From the human T2T-CHM13v2.0 reference genome, Homo sapiens, in the NCBI RefSeq assembly GCF_009914755.1, contig NC_060930.1: a stretch of 64,000 bases of DNA; one strand, 5' to 3'. The translations under genes and the position numbers were made by a program. The notes beneath the pieces were generated by a model that did not search any database, had not been told where the DNA came from, and saw only the letters and a list, made by a program, of their open reading frames with translations. Positions 28,493-43,215 of this stretch are shown here, piece after piece. Position 1 is the first letter of the stretch. Each line of letters starts with the position of its first letter.

Positions 28493-29058
28493 TGTAGGGG
28501 AAGAATATTTTTTCTTCAACCCCCATAGGTTCTTAGTTGGAATGGACTCCTTAGAACTAAAGACAGATTAACAAGAGAAAAACAAACAGAAGCTTATGAA
28601 CATGTATGTCTTGTATATACATGACATATAAGACACCCAGAGAATGAGTAATTCTCCAAGAGGTAGCCTTGATTTCAGCTTATATAGAGTCTTCAACAAA
28701 GAACAGTTAATTTTTAGAGAAGTGACAAAACAAAAAAAAAAGGACAAAACAAAGGAAAAGTTGCTAGGGGCAGCAACTAGTAAAAGGCAAATAAATGGCA
28801 GACGAAGGCTAGTTAGCAAAGCTTGCTCCTATAGATTCTTCTGGTACCATCTCCAGACAACAAAGGTCTAAAGTTGTGTTCAGTGGTTAACCTTCACTCT
28901 CTCTGGTAGAAGCGCGGCAGGACACCTTTTGTCTTTGCAAACCTATGTCCCACTTTAGGCAAATCGAGGTGGGGCAGAGAGCTCTCCTGCATCTGCTTTC
29001 TCTTGTCTTTAGTTCAACAAACCTTCATGTTCTGGGCTGCATGTTCTGGTCTCCCACA
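28493..29058 (-). mobile_element. MER34-like ERV1 solo LTR
   Basis: Minus strand begins tgtgggagaccagaacatgc; contains aaagacagattaacaagagaaaa. Confidence 0.75.
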
Positions 29059-29235
29059 AACAGATGGCATTCCAGCCACTCCTCAAGAGGCCTGGCAGTT
29101 CTGCAGAAGTGTTCGTGGGCTGCCTCAAGGAGGAAAAGCCAAGAATGAGGGCTCAGCCCCCAACCCAGGCCTCAACTAAAGCAGCTCTGTCTTCATCTGA
29201 TTTAATATTAGCCTTTAGAGTAATGTTTCGTTTAA

Positions 29236-29615
<380 letters not shown>

Positions 29616-30194
29616 CTTTATTGTTTTTAAACAGCATGCAAGACCTACTATAACCATCCCTCACTCTTAGAGCTATTTCTTTCCTGAATTTAGTCATGGA
29701 AGTCCAGATTGACGTGTAAGGCTGCTTCTATTGAGAGACTGCTACCAGGCTCACAGTGTCAAATTTCCACTATAGCTTCAATTAATTATATATTTTTTGA
29801 GATTTTCATGTTTAACACCAAGCTACAAATATGAAATTTAAGAAAGATTACTGACATACAGAAAATAACATGAACAAAGTTTCTACGTATCTGACTCATG
29901 TTTAAGTCACATCTAATACTCAAAGTCCCTCAATTCATCATTCTAACAAAGGGAATGGCAACAAATGCACACACATTTGGATTTCTGATCACCTGGCCCA
30001 CCACTGAAAACATGAAAACACTAGGTTACTTCTGAGTTGAGAACCCGACTAATCTGTTAAAAATGTGAATCCTCCTGTAAGTTGCCCCAACAAGCCGTTC
30101 TTCAGCTCTAGCTCCTTAATAAGGCGAAGCAGAAAGCTGAGCTCCGAATCCCAAGGGATGCGTCATTTCGGGCCAATGGGATGCCACTATGTGG

Positions 30195-30503
30195 TTTATT
30201 TGTTTTTTTGTTTTGTTTTGTTTTGAGACAGAGTCTTGCTCTGTCACCCAGGCTGGAGTGCACTGGCACAATCTTGGCTCACTGCAACCTCCACCTTCCA
30301 GGTTCATCAATTCTCCTGCCTCAGCCTCCCGAGTAGCTGGGACTACAGGCACATGCCACCGCATCTGGCTAATTTTTGTATTTTTAGTAGAGATGGGGTT
30401 TCACCACGTAGGCCAGGATGGTATCGATCTCCTGACCTTGTGATCCGCCCACCTCAGCCTCCCTAAGTGCTGGGATTAGAGGCGTGAGCCACCACACCCA
30501 GCC
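30195..30503 (-). mobile_element. AluSc-like
   Basis: Full dimer with (TTTTG)n tail. Confidence 0.94.
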
Positions 30504-30813
30504 CTACGTGTTCTGTAACTGTTTCTCAAGTCCAAAACTAGAACCCTTGGTCTAACACATTTTCCTGTGTCTTGGGGAATATTTATGCTGAATATTTAAA
30601 ATCTGGACTGTTTAGAAAGTTCTGATTGCACTTCCACCAAAAGCCCAGTGTCCCAGTGGGTAATACGGAAAGCCAGAAGACAAAAAAAGATGGGCGCCCC
30701 AGCAGCAGGGCAGACATATACATCGCGTGCCTCACCACTCACTCACCCTGAGTGCTGAGCTTCACCACTGCTTCTTCCCACAGGTAGCGGAACTGGGGAC
30801 AGGTGTTGGATAA

Positions 30814-31168
30814 TGTATTCGTCCCTTCTCACATTGTTATAAAGAGCTACCTGAGACTGGGTAGTTTATAAAGAAAAGAGGTTTAACTGACTCACAGTTC
30901 CACAGGCTGTACAGGAAGCATGGATGGGGAGGCTTCAGGAAACTTACAAATAAGGCTGAAGGTGAAGAGGAAGCAGGCATGGCCTTCACATGGCCAGGAG
31001 ATGGGGGGTGGGTGCTATACACTTCTAAACAAGCAAGTCTAGGAGGATGGTGCTAAGCCATTAGAAACCATCCCCATGATCCAATAACCTCCCACCAGGT
31101 CCCACCTCCAACACTAACGGTCACAACTCGACATGATATTTGGGTGGGGACATGGAGCCAAACTACAT
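30814..31168 (-). mobile_element. MSTA-type MaLR LTR
   Basis: ctacctgagactgggtagtttataaagaaaagaggtttaa...ttgggtggggaca. Confidence 0.88.
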
Positions 31169-32624
31169 CCACTACATTGGGAAAATGCCCTGAGCTGCTC
31201 AGAAACACCATCAGGACTTGGGCTTAGGAGCCAGTTTCTAAAACTATGCCACAACGCAGAAGATCCTATACGATTTCTTTCCAACAGAATCAATATTTCT
31301 CACTTTATTTTCCTTTTTGCCAATGTATAAGTTTCTCTTCAATATTTTCTATGTGACCCAACCCCACTTAATTCTGTAAACATTTCTGTTTGACTTTAGC
31401 AGACACTCACCACACACAAAGCAACAATAACATGCACACAGGGTGGGCTGAGAGAAGCACTGATACAGAAGAGCACAGGACAAACCAAAGGATGGAGGCT
31501 CCATGGACCCCCACTGCCTGGGTGACAGCGGCTGGAAGGCAGAGGCTATGGACAAACGGAAGGCCTCTGGAGGCCCCTTTCCCAAACCACAGCCAATCAC
31601 CAATTTCTACCTGTGTTTAAGGTTGTTCATGTTCTTCTTATCGTAAAGGATGAGTGTGGAAAGATGACATCCTTGAGTCCTGCTAAATCCACCCTCTGTG
31701 AGTATAGTTTCTCCATGCAGGAGTAGGCACAAATATCCCAGCCCCTACTACAGGGAGCATAGTGCAGATATCTGCATTTAGCTAGAGGCTAGTCATGTAC
31801 TTTCTTAAGTCATTACATAGAATTATCAACACATAGGCACTAAGGAAACTTGTTTTGGTGAAAGTTCAAGGGGGAAAATTATCGAAGTGTAAATATTCCA
31901 TCTTGTCTTTATTCTCCCATTTTATGAAATCATTTGTTTTCCTTCCTTTTGTCTTTCACTCAGTGATCATATATTTAATCATCATGCCCCAGTGGGGAAG
32001 CCAGAGACTCTAGAATGAGGATAGGAGTTGATGTAAAATTTCCAGACATCCATGCACTCACTTGTTCCACTGGACCCAGAAGAGCTGTCAAAAGGCCTCA
32101 TTGCCCTATAAGTCACAGAAAGGACGTCCTAGATCCTTTCTTCCTGGGTCTGAAAATGAATTTTGTCAAGAAAGTCTTTCCAATACCATAATGAAGTTCC
32201 TTCTCCAACTGTTCAGCCTAGCAGTTGGCTCATAAGGCAAAAAGGAAACGGAGATGGAAAAGTAGCAAGACAGGCTGTTTCTCACGGGCCCCAGGCCCCC
32301 AGCACACAGACACTGTTTCACAAAGTGTTGTGGATGGTCGAAGGGAAAATAGAGCACAGGAAATAAAATTAAAGAAATGAAAGGATTGCCATTTTATCAC
32401 ATCAAAGTTAGGAAAATATATTTTATTTCTTGATTTTACTAAATGAAATGCTTCCACAGCTAACGTTGTTAATTGCTTTTTTCTATTGATATTTCCATTC
32501 TGTGGATTAGTGCTAGAATAGAGCTATGAAAGCAAATAAGCATGTGTGTTGAATGTCACAAAATGTTAAATATTCCTTCACATATCTTTATAAATATCTA
32601 TGATAATTTATAAATATAATTAAA

Positions 32625-33540
32625 TACATAACTAAAAATAAAACTACCATTTGATCCAGCAACCCCACTACTGGGTATCTATCTGTATTAATCTGTTCTC
32701 ACACTGCTGCTAAAGACATACCCAAGACTGGATAACTTATAAAGAAAAAGAGGTCTAATGGACTCACAGTTCTACTTGGCTGGGGAGGCCTCACAATCAT
32801 GGTGGAAGGTGAAAGGCACATCTTACATGGTGGCAGACAAGAGAGAACTTGTGCAGGGAAACTCCCCTTTATAAAACCATCAGATCTCATGAGACTTATT
32901 CACTATCACAAGAACAGCACAGCAGAGACTCACCCCCATGATTCAATTACCTCCCACCAGGTCCCTCCCACAACATGTGGGAATAATGGGAGCTACAATT
33001 CAAGATGAGATTTGGGTGGGGACACAGCCAAACCATATCACTATCCAAAGGAAAAGTAATCATTTTATCAAAAAGATACCTGCACTCATATGTTTAACAC
33101 AGCACTATTCACAGCAGTAAAGATGTAGAATCAACCTAAATATCCATCAACAGATGATTGGATGAGGAAAATGTGGTATATATACACCATGAAATACTAG
33201 TCAGCCATAAAAAAGAATAAAATTGTGTCTTTTGCAGCAACATAGATGGAACTAGAGGCTGTTATCTTAAGTGAAATAACTCAAACAGAAAGTCAAATAT
33301 CGCATGCTCTCACTTATAAGTGGGAGCTAAATAATGTGAACACATGGACATAGAGTGTGAAATAATTGACATTGGAGACTCAGAAGGGTAGGAAGAGGTG
33401 AAGGATGACAAATTTCTTAATGCATACAATGTACATAACACAGGTGATGGTTTTACTAAAAGCCCAGACTTCAACACTATACAATATATCCATGAAACAA
33501 AACTACACTTATACCCCTTAAATTTATACAAATAAAAAAC
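32625..33540 (+). mobile_element. L1 (L1PB/L1MA-like) 3' end, interrupted by THE1
   Basis: ctaccatttgatccagcaacccc...aaaagcccagacttca...tttatacaaataaaaa. Confidence 0.9.
32684..33040 (-). mobile_element. THE1 (B/C-like) solo LTR
   Basis: tgtatta...cagccaaaccatatca with 5-bp TSD ctatc (32679-32683 and 33041-33045). Confidence 0.95.
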
Positions 33541-34814
33541 ATACATTCATTATGTCTTTATGTATATTAGCATGTTTATAAGTTATTATTTATAAATTAA
33601 TATAATTAATTATATCATGTTTATTGATTAATAAATTTGATATTAATTATAAGTATTCATGACAGCTTTATAAATATTAGTATACTAATTTTAAAATAAG
33701 AAGACTAGAGAAATAGAGAAGTATGACTGAGGGCACATCAGAGGCCTCCCCTATTTCCAGAGGGGGAAAAATATTGGGGAAATAAGAATGAGGAAGGAGG
33801 ATGGGTAGCTGGGTGGATAGAAGCAAGGTCCAGGTCTTTTCGTTCTTCTGGCATCATCTCCACTGATGGCAGCAGCCAACTTCTCATTCAATGTCATTCT
33901 CCATCGGCCCAGGTAGGGCCAGTGCATTTCCCCTAGAGGAGCATCTTCTCTTGGGAATAGTTCATATTTCAATGCAAAAAAAAGTGCTTGTTTATCCTCT
34001 CAAAATATGAACAAAGAAAAACTAAGGGTGGGAACAGAAATTTGCAAATGAAAGCCAGATTGCAGCCTCTTAAGACTTTTCAAAAGATGATATCATCTCC
34101 GTACTATGCACTAACGAGCTCTTGATAATCAGTACTATTTCCATTCTTATAATTACAGCAATCTCTTCAAGCTGTCAGAGCTGTGAGCCTCTGATCCCAG
34201 TGGGGCTGTGGAGTTACTACCTTCCAGCAGAAAATCCCCATGCCTATAGACAAAACAAGTAAATAAAGTGCTATATGTACCACTGTTTTCAAATGTATGT
34301 AAACACTTTGTAAGTCATAAAATATAAGGTTATGTAAGGCATTACTAAAATTAGTCTGTTTTTATCTTTACATTTTTTTCTGAGTGATTCAACATAAAAA
34401 GTATAACTACTACAAAGCAGATGCACTGGAAATGTCATATTTACTTTCTTTAACTCAGCTTAATTCCAATTCTGAGTTCCCATCCCTCTGGACAGGCAGG
34501 AAAATTGTTTTCTCCCAAGTTCCCCTTACTCAGATGCAGTGCTAGTGTTCCCTCATCAGTTCTCATTCATTCTCCCCAGAGGTTTCATCAGATGCGGAAC
34601 TCTTCAGTGAGTCTGGGTAGCAGATGGCTGGAGTCCAGCCCCATTGGGTGCAGCTGGCAGCTTCTAAGGGCATGCACCTGTTAGGGCCAGCACCACAGAG
34701 CTCTGAGCTCCTGCCAGTCTCCTGAACTCTCCCTACTCTAGGCTTCAAATGAGAAGGAAATAAATTACATATGGGAACAAACTCGACATGTCTATCAATT
34801 ATGTACTATCATCT

Positions 34815-35699
34815 TATATCAGTTGGGGTCTAATTCGGAAACAAAAGAAACCACACAAGAGTTTTAACAGGGAAACTTTAATATAAAGAAATGCTAATTA
34901 TAACAGAGGATTAACTACATCCTAGAGATAAATAGAACATAAGGACAAAGATGGGGTTTAATAAATATTTCACTGAAAATTTGATTGAGTGTCATATATG
35001 AATTTTTGTCAGTCATAGGGGTAAGGAGAACTTTAAAGAATCCCCAAGGGATGAAGGAGAGTCCTCAAAGAAAAAATCAAAGCTAAAAAGGTGAGGACCC
35101 ACCTCTCCAAGGCTGGGATTCAGATCTCACTGGAAGAGGTGTGCTTGCAGCCCACAGGATGGTGGAGAAACTCACTGAGTTTTCCTGAGCCAGAGCCAGT
35201 CCACCAGAGCTAGGCAGAGGGTGGCAGACAGAGTAACATGAGCTGGGACTGGCAGGCTAGAAGCCTCCCATTGGCTGCTGGTGGTCCAAGCTATGGGCAA
35301 GGAGCTGCAGCTGGGACTGGCACAGGAAACACCCTGCTAGGATGAAGGAGGCTCAAGGCTGAGAAGCTGACCACTAAGGTGCCTGCTAGACTCACTGAGA
35401 ATCTGCCTGTGCGGAGGCCCCTGAAACTCAATGAAGGTGGGCTCCACTGGATGTCCTCCATTCATGCCACAGGCTGCCACAGTAGGATTTAAAAGAAACA
35501 AACAGACAAAACCAGAACACTGGAACCTGGAAGTGATGCCCATTCTTCTTTACTGTCCATCTAGTGCCCTCTGCTAACAGAGTTTAACAATATGCCAGCT
35601 GCAAAGGGGAGATACTCACAAGGCCCAGCTCCATTATCATAGAGCAGGCAATGAAGGGTGGGGTTAGAGCTGAGAGGCCATAAATAGGTAACTGGCACA
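34815..35699 (-). mobile_element. Ancient ERVL-class LTR (LTR41/LTR50-like), interrupted near 34920-35015
   Basis: Remembered motifs gtgccctctgctaacagagtttaaca...gagctgagaggc...taactggcaca. Confidence 0.55.
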
Positions 35700-36057
35700 C
35701 CTATAAAGAGATCTAAAAATGTCTTGTGTTACAAACAAGTCCTCATGTTCAAAGTATTCATCATAGACTTTTCATCCTGTTGTCTATGTCTGAGGCCAGG
35801 GCCCCAGCTCCGGTGGATATCACGTCTATGAACCGCCATCTCTTCCCAAAAAGACCTACACCACAGACTCCTATTTTCTTTTCCAGGATCCAGTCCTTGT
35901 CCCACTCTTCTCCCAGGAACCAGCCTGTTACATGGACCAGATGCCCAAGAATCCAACATATTTAACAAATATGCAACTTGAGGATTAAAAGGCAAAGACT
36001 ACAAAAGTTCATATATGACACTTAATCAAACTTTCAGTGAAATATTTATTAAACCCC
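34953..36057. repeat. ~62-bp inverted repeat pair (34953-35014 and 35997-36057)
   Basis: Reverse-complement alignment: 3 substitutions and one 1-nt indel. Confidence 0.92.
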
Positions 36058-36731
36058 CTTTCTGGTACAGTTGTTCTATAAATATAACTTCCAAAAATAA
36101 CTTACATGCTGGAATATATGCTTCTCTGGTAAGAAATAAAATTGAATTCTGTTAAACTGCTGCAGCCATCTACAAAGAACACACTTCATCATTACATATT
36201 ATGCATCCACATACCCAAATGTATCATATTAGTTCTAATGGAAATAAAGTAAATTTTTGGCACTTTTTATAATTTGAATTAAAAGTCTCCACTGAGTTAC
36301 AAAGTGCTTAGAAATTTTATTCAGAGATATAGATATTGCAAATAAAGAGAAAAATTCGCAAATGACAGTATTATGCCACAAAGGGCAGAAATTGAGATTT
36401 TAAAGTTAGAATTAACAAAATTTTTCAATGAAGTGGTAAGAAAAACATTTAAACAATTTTCCCAGATACCAGCAAAAAAATTAAGATATAATGAAAAAAG
36501 ACATTATATTATGGAAGTATCAGTAATGGTAAATACTTAAAAAGAACTCTATACCTTTTGCAAGAATAACTAGTGTCCAAAGGGCATTGGTAAAATGATA
36601 GTGCTTGAGCCAGTGCCCGATACACTGCAGACTCCCCAAAACATTTACTGCATTGACTGAAATTGAAAACTTAAGACATTTTGGCAAACTGACTTTGATT
36701 TATCCAATCATATTTAAAGATAAGCAGAGTT

Positions 36732-37053
<322 letters not shown>

Positions 37054-37149
37054 TTAGTAAATATGTCATCTGCAAAGTTTTGTCCACGAGGATCTATGCT
37101 TGACAATGTTGTTAGGGGCTGGCTCCCTCTGATAAAGGAGAACTGCCTG

Positions 37150-38340
37150 TGGCATGTGACTGAAATAGCACGTGTGCAATGTTGAGTGGCATGCCCCCTC
37201 ACAGCCCAAAAAGGCCAGGGCAGTTGCCTGGGCGGAGTATAGGAGTTGGGATGGGGGGAGGGCGTGAAGGAATCTTTATAAAGCTAGGAAGGAAATCAGA
37301 CTTGGCGGGTATTGTGGAAACTGATGGAAAGCCCATCGAATCAGAAGCCGCGCGCTTGTGTCTGCAGCAGCACAAGAGGCAGGGCCAGTCACCTGGCAGG
37401 ACTGAGAAGCGCATCTAGACACACTGACAAGGCGTGCAGTGGGCAGGCTTATCTAGAGTGTGGGTACAACTAGAGGCTCCTCAAAGCTTCGCCCGTCTAT
37501 GGGTGCCAACAAGATCACATCGATTGTAAGAATTCCAAGCCGCACTGGGGCTGGCCTACACTTCCCAACACGAGACCCACCTCCACTCCGCACCTCCAAA
37601 TCCCACCAACCCCCTCAACCGGCCCCCAGCCTTGCCCACCCACACAGACCTCCCCCTCACTCCCAGGCTTCATATTTCCTGGGGTCCCCTCGGGGTCTCT
37701 CACACGTGCCATAAAACGCCCAATCCTCCCCTGCACATTGGTTGATGCCCGGAAGCAGCTCTCCCCTCCAGTGTTGGAGACGCGCAATCCTGCTTCCCCT
37801 CCTGCGGAAGGTGAGCATTCTCCCAGACTCAGGCAAACATGCTGGCCTCGCATCTCCCATCGTCAGTTTGCCAACATACCCAGGCTCCAGTGGGGTCAAG
37901 GTTCAGATTCCATCCCAGGAGGCACCTCTTTGGTGGGGACTCCACAAAAGACTGAAGGCATTGGCTTCTGTCCCCCAACCTCACCCACAGCCATCAGCAG
38001 CTGCCCTCTTCTGCATTCTTTGATCAGTAAAAGAAGTAACATCTGAATCTTGTAGGAAGCCCTACACACAGGCAACTGTCAGACACACCTCCAGCTACGC
38101 CTTCTAGCTTGGTTGCCATCCTTAGGCCCCTCCTACATAAAATTCTGGCATCTCTGCCTCCCAGGATCCCCACCCCGACCCCCACCATAAAGGCTTCTAT
38201 GGGGCCCATCCTGTTTGGTGATAAATTTGTAGGCACGCATCTCCAGCTTTCACAGATTCCAGCCAGGACCCTCGAGCACCTACAGCATAATGCCCCACCA
38301 GTCACTACTAGATACTTTCTGAAAGAACAGGTAGGCAGGA
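37150..38340. promoter_or_regulatory. GC-rich, CpG-retaining unique segment (enhancer or promoter candidate)
   Basis: CpG clusters, two CACGTG E-boxes (near 37169 and 37703), GC-box-like gggcggag, C-rich tract, donor-like AAG|GTGAGC at 37811. Confidence 0.4.
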
Positions 38341-38877
38341 AAGCAATCACCTCCCAAACTCTTGCTCCCTTTCTAATGCTATTTCTAAGGTGAACCTTAT
38401 AAGAAAAAGAATTTTATAATAATAAAGAGCTGGAAAAGATAATGAGCATTTAAAGGATACGAATTTCTCAAGAATTACTCATATATAAATTTTCATTTGG
38501 CTTTTTTTTTTTCAGAGACGTACCCTCTATTTACAGCAGGAGGAATTAGGCAAGAGGGTCATCTGGATTTGATCCAAAGTGAGGACCTGAGTTACCTGGA
38601 CAGGTTTTTTGTTAGATTCAAGTTTTTCGGATCATTTTTCATTTTGGGGGGATGAGTTGGTTGGTTGGTTGGTTAGTTAGCTGATATTTTAAATTGTGAA
38701 GGCTAGTTTAGTTTTGACAGAGCAACCATGCTCACGGGTGCTAGCTTTACAAAACAAACAAACAAAAACAAAAAAACTCAGTGACTCAGGGATCAGAAGG
38801 GAACATAAATATATCCACCCACCTCTCAAACTTCTAGCACAGACATTAAGGGATTATTTTCCCTTGAAACACCCTAA

Positions 38878-39160
38878 AAAACAAAAAAAGAAAAGAAGGG
38901 ATGGATGGAGGGAGAGAGGGAGGGAGGGAAAAAAGGAGAGAGAGAGAAAAGAGAAAGGAAAATAAAGAAAAGAAAGAGAGAGTGAGAGTATCGGGTTGTG
39001 AGGGATTTTTTTAGATAGGAGTGGGGAGACTTCTTTTAAAAATCATTAAAATATGCATATATTCCAAAAGCATAAACAGATGTTGGAGGAGGATTAAGAA
39101 TTTAGCAATTTGCTATTTTAAAACTTTAGTCCTGTCTATACAAGGCTTTTGGGGGAGAGA

Positions 39161-39196
<36 letters not shown>
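38878..39196. repeat. Purine-rich low complexity and (GA)n microsatellite
   Basis: GA-rich 38878-38988; (GA)n 39155-39196. Confidence 0.85.
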
Positions 39197-39614
39197 ATTG
39201 GATCTAAACTCAGAATAGGCAGCTGGGTGGCATGGCCAGAACATTAAAATAAAAGTAGGGTTTGTTCTAAACACAGAGGAAAATGTTTAGAATAATAGAA
39301 TTATACTCAGCAAAGAAATAAGAGCACAGCTGTTACATATTCATATTTGAAACACATTACTGCTTTGGGGTTTACTTTTTACTGGACTTTATAAATTGCA
39401 AAACTCAGGATTAATTGCCTTTCTACTTGACAATGATTTTGTTCTTTTGTTAAAACACAGCAGCTTTTGCTCACAGAGAAGTTCTCAACAGAGCAGTCAG
39501 CTCCTGAAAGTTGATCATAGCCTCACCGGCTCCAGTACAACACAGTGTATTAAGTATTTAACTAGAAAAGCAAGTTTCTTTGTCCATAATCCTACCGAAG
39601 CTGAGTAAAAGTGG

Positions 39615-39730
39615 AAAAATAATGGTACCCACCTCTTAAGGTTGTTGTGAGAATGAAATGGGTTATCAGCTGTGCAGCAAATGGCTCTGTGTCTGACACA
39701 AAATAGGCACCCAATAAATGCTAGCTCTAA
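39615..39730 (+). mobile_element. MIR 3' fragment
   Basis: ataatggtacccacctcttaaggttgttgtgagaatgaaatg...caataaatgctagct. Confidence 0.7.
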
Positions 39731-39863
39731 CCTTACTTCTGTCTGGCTACTCTATTTCAAAATTCTTCAAGACCATTCACAGCATTTTCCAACACTTCCT
39801 ACAAAAGTGGAAAATCTCAGCAATTGGAAATTATAAAATCTCTTTTTAAATAATTTTTTAAAC

Positions 39864-40070
39864 TTTTTTTGAGACAGGGTCCCACCTCAGCCCCCTAAGT
39901 AGCTGGGACTACAGGCATGTGCCACCATGCCAGGCTTTTGTTTGTTTTTTGGTAAAAAGGAGGCCTTGCTACTTTGCCCAGGCTAGTCTCAAACTCCTGA
40001 CCTCAAATGATCCTTCTGCCTTGGCCTCCCAAAGTGCTGGGATTACAGGCATGAGCCACTGCATCTGGCC
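39864..40070 (-). mobile_element. AluJ with internal deletion
   Basis: Right arm largely missing after gagacagggtc. Confidence 0.85.
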
Positions 40071-40317
40071 ATCATCCTAAAATGTCACATATCCCATAGG
40101 AAAGTGAAAAGTCTACCATATCGGAGAGCTTTAAGCAGTGTACATGCACAAGTATCTGTAAGCAAATCATCCAGAAGAAAATACCAACCAACTGTCTAAT
40201 AAACTGTTCCTAAACTCCATCACATTTATCTCAAGCATCAAAAAGGAAAATTCTTTTTTTCTAAAAGAAAATAGCTTTTTTGAAAATAAGCCTTCCATCA
40301 AAAGTCTCCTGTTTTAA

Positions 40318-40637
<320 letters not shown>

Positions 40638-40721
40638 AAATTCTTAATTTCAAAAAAAGAAAAGCAGTAAACTCTTCTTACAGTTATCCAATGAAATAAG
40701 CTAAGACATCTGAAAGACATA

Positions 40722-41089
40722 TTGTCTTAATCTGTTTTGTGCTACTATAAATTTACCACAGACTGGGTAATTTAAAAAGAAAAGAAATTCATTCTTTTTA
40801 GTTCTGGAGCATGGGAAATCCAATATCAAGGTACCAGCATCTGGCAAGAGCCTTCTTGCTGTGTCAGCCTATGGTAAAAGGGCAAAGAGAGGGTGAGAGG
40901 AGAGCAAGAGGGGACTGAACTCATCTTTTTATAAGGAACCCATTCCCACAATAATGGCATTAATCCATTTATGAAGGCGGTGCCCCCATGACCCAAACAC
41001 CTTCCATTAGGCCTCACTTCCCAACACCACTGCATTGGGAATCAAATTTGCAACACATGAACGTTGGGGGACACATTCAAATCATAGCA
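40722..41089 (-). mobile_element. MST-type MaLR LTR
   Basis: tgtcttaatctgttttgtgct...ggggacacattcaaatcatagca. Confidence 0.88.
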
Positions 41090-41778
41090 GATACACTGAA
41101 ATTTCTCTTGCATTTGCACAAATCTCTTCTATCTATTTACCCAGGGGAATGTTTTTCTCACATGGGCCATTAACATGTGAGGAAGAAAAAGGAAAGAAAA
41201 CAATAAATGCGTAAGTTGAAACAAAACGTATAATGTAGAAATGCAAATATTTGAAAGTCCGCTGCATTTAAAAAGCTGTATTGTGTATAGATGGAGATTT
41301 TTCTTTACTCCACTTTCTCCTCACCAATATATGATGCAATATTTTTCATTCAATGTTCACAAAGTAATTTATCATCAGATTGTCAAGTCCTTCACCAGCC
41401 TACCATGAGGAATTTGCAACTGCGCATTCTGAATTTGGAGAATCTTATAAACCGATGACAGGAGACTATGATCATACAAGCAAAGAGACAGCTTAGATTT
41501 AAGCCAACCAGGGGGATGAACAAAGAAACAGCTTAGACATCAAGTCACTGTGCTTCAGAGCCTCTAACTCCTCTGGCTCTTCAGATGCTCCCAAATCTTC
41601 TTCCTCATTGTGGTATTTATCTTAACTGATTTAAAATATGAAAGAAATATTCCAGCTTTTTACAATATTTAAAATAGAAAAAAATGAAAGAGCTTGAACA
41701 CAAAAAAATTGAAGAATAGTTAAATTATGGTTCACCACCCCAGTTGAGTACCAGGAAGACATTTAAAATGATGGTGAT

Positions 41779-42179
41779 TGATACAGTTTGGATATTTGCC
41801 TCTTCCAAATATCATGTTGAAACATAATCCCCAATGTTAGAGGTGGGGCCTGGTGGGAGGTGTGTGGGTCATGGGGGCAGATTCTTCATGAATGGCAAGG
41901 TGTCATCCCCTTCTTGATGAGTTCACACGAGAGCTGGTAGTTTAAAAGAGCCTAGCCCCTCCTCCCCTCTCTCTTGCTCCTTCTCTCACCATGGATATGC
42001 CGGGCTTCCCCCTTTGCCTTCCGCCATGATTGTGAGCCTCTTGAGCCCTCACCAGAAGCAGATGCTGGACCTGTGCTTCTTGTGCATCCTGCAGAACCAT
42101 GAGCCAAATAAACCTCTTTTGTTTATAAATTACCCAATCGCAGGTGTTCCTTTATAGCAAAGCAAAATGGACTAATACA
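41779..42179 (+). mobile_element. MSTB-like solo LTR
   Basis: tgatacagtttggat...ggactaataca with 5-bp TSD gtgat. Confidence 0.92.
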
Positions 42180-42469
42180 GTGATAAAGACTATGGAAAGT
42201 GGGAAAATCAGAGCACCTCACACCTTGGGACGTGTGATGGCCATAGTCTGGAAACACAGACAAATTAACATAAGAAATGATGTATTGATGTTACATTATA
42301 ATACACGAAGTGTGAAATAACGTCACATATTATGTTCACTTTGTTTCCTGTCACCGTGATATGCAATCCATCACAGTGCACACAGTGCTAAGGCTGCATT
42401 TCCACCTGTACCTGCATCGGTGATGCACTGCCTCAGATGATTTCTGTCTGATTTTTATGACGAAAACTG

Positions 42470-42742
42470 TGCTGGGCACAGTGGCTCACATCTGTAATCG
42501 CAGCACTTCGGGAGGCCAAGGCAGGAGAATCACTTGAGCCTGGGAGTTTGAGATCAGCCTGAGAAACATGATGAAACTCTGTGTCTACAAAATATATATA
42601 TTTTTAATTAGCCAGGCACAGTGGCACATGCCTATAGTCTGAGCTACTCAGGAGGCTGAGGTGGGAAGATCACTTGAGCCACGATTGTGCCACTGCACTC
42701 CTGCCCAGATAATAAAGTGAGACCCTGCCTCAAAACAAAAAG
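42470..42742 (+). mobile_element. AluJ
   Basis: Diverged dimer with right-arm deletion. Confidence 0.88.
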
Positions 42743-42970
42743 TTAAATTAAAATTAAATTAACTAAAATTTTAAAAGCCTGTGCTTTTATCTCATTATAG
42801 AAGTAATCAAGGGCCTTCAGATCTAGCAAGCATGGCACCCTCTCCAGTTGGCCACATCATTCACCAGTTTGGGAAATTAATCATCTCACCACTCTGGCAT
42901 AATGGGTGCTGTACATTCCTGTTAAAATCATTTCAAATGACTTTCTCCAGACATTTAAAAACAGGCATTA

Positions 42971-43215
<245 letters not shown>

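Noticed and set aside
34953-36057. Inverted repeats as termini of a 1.1-kb DNA transposon
   Set aside because: No TSD seen, and the enclosed LTR appears to continue outside the left arm; treated as a templated insertion instead.
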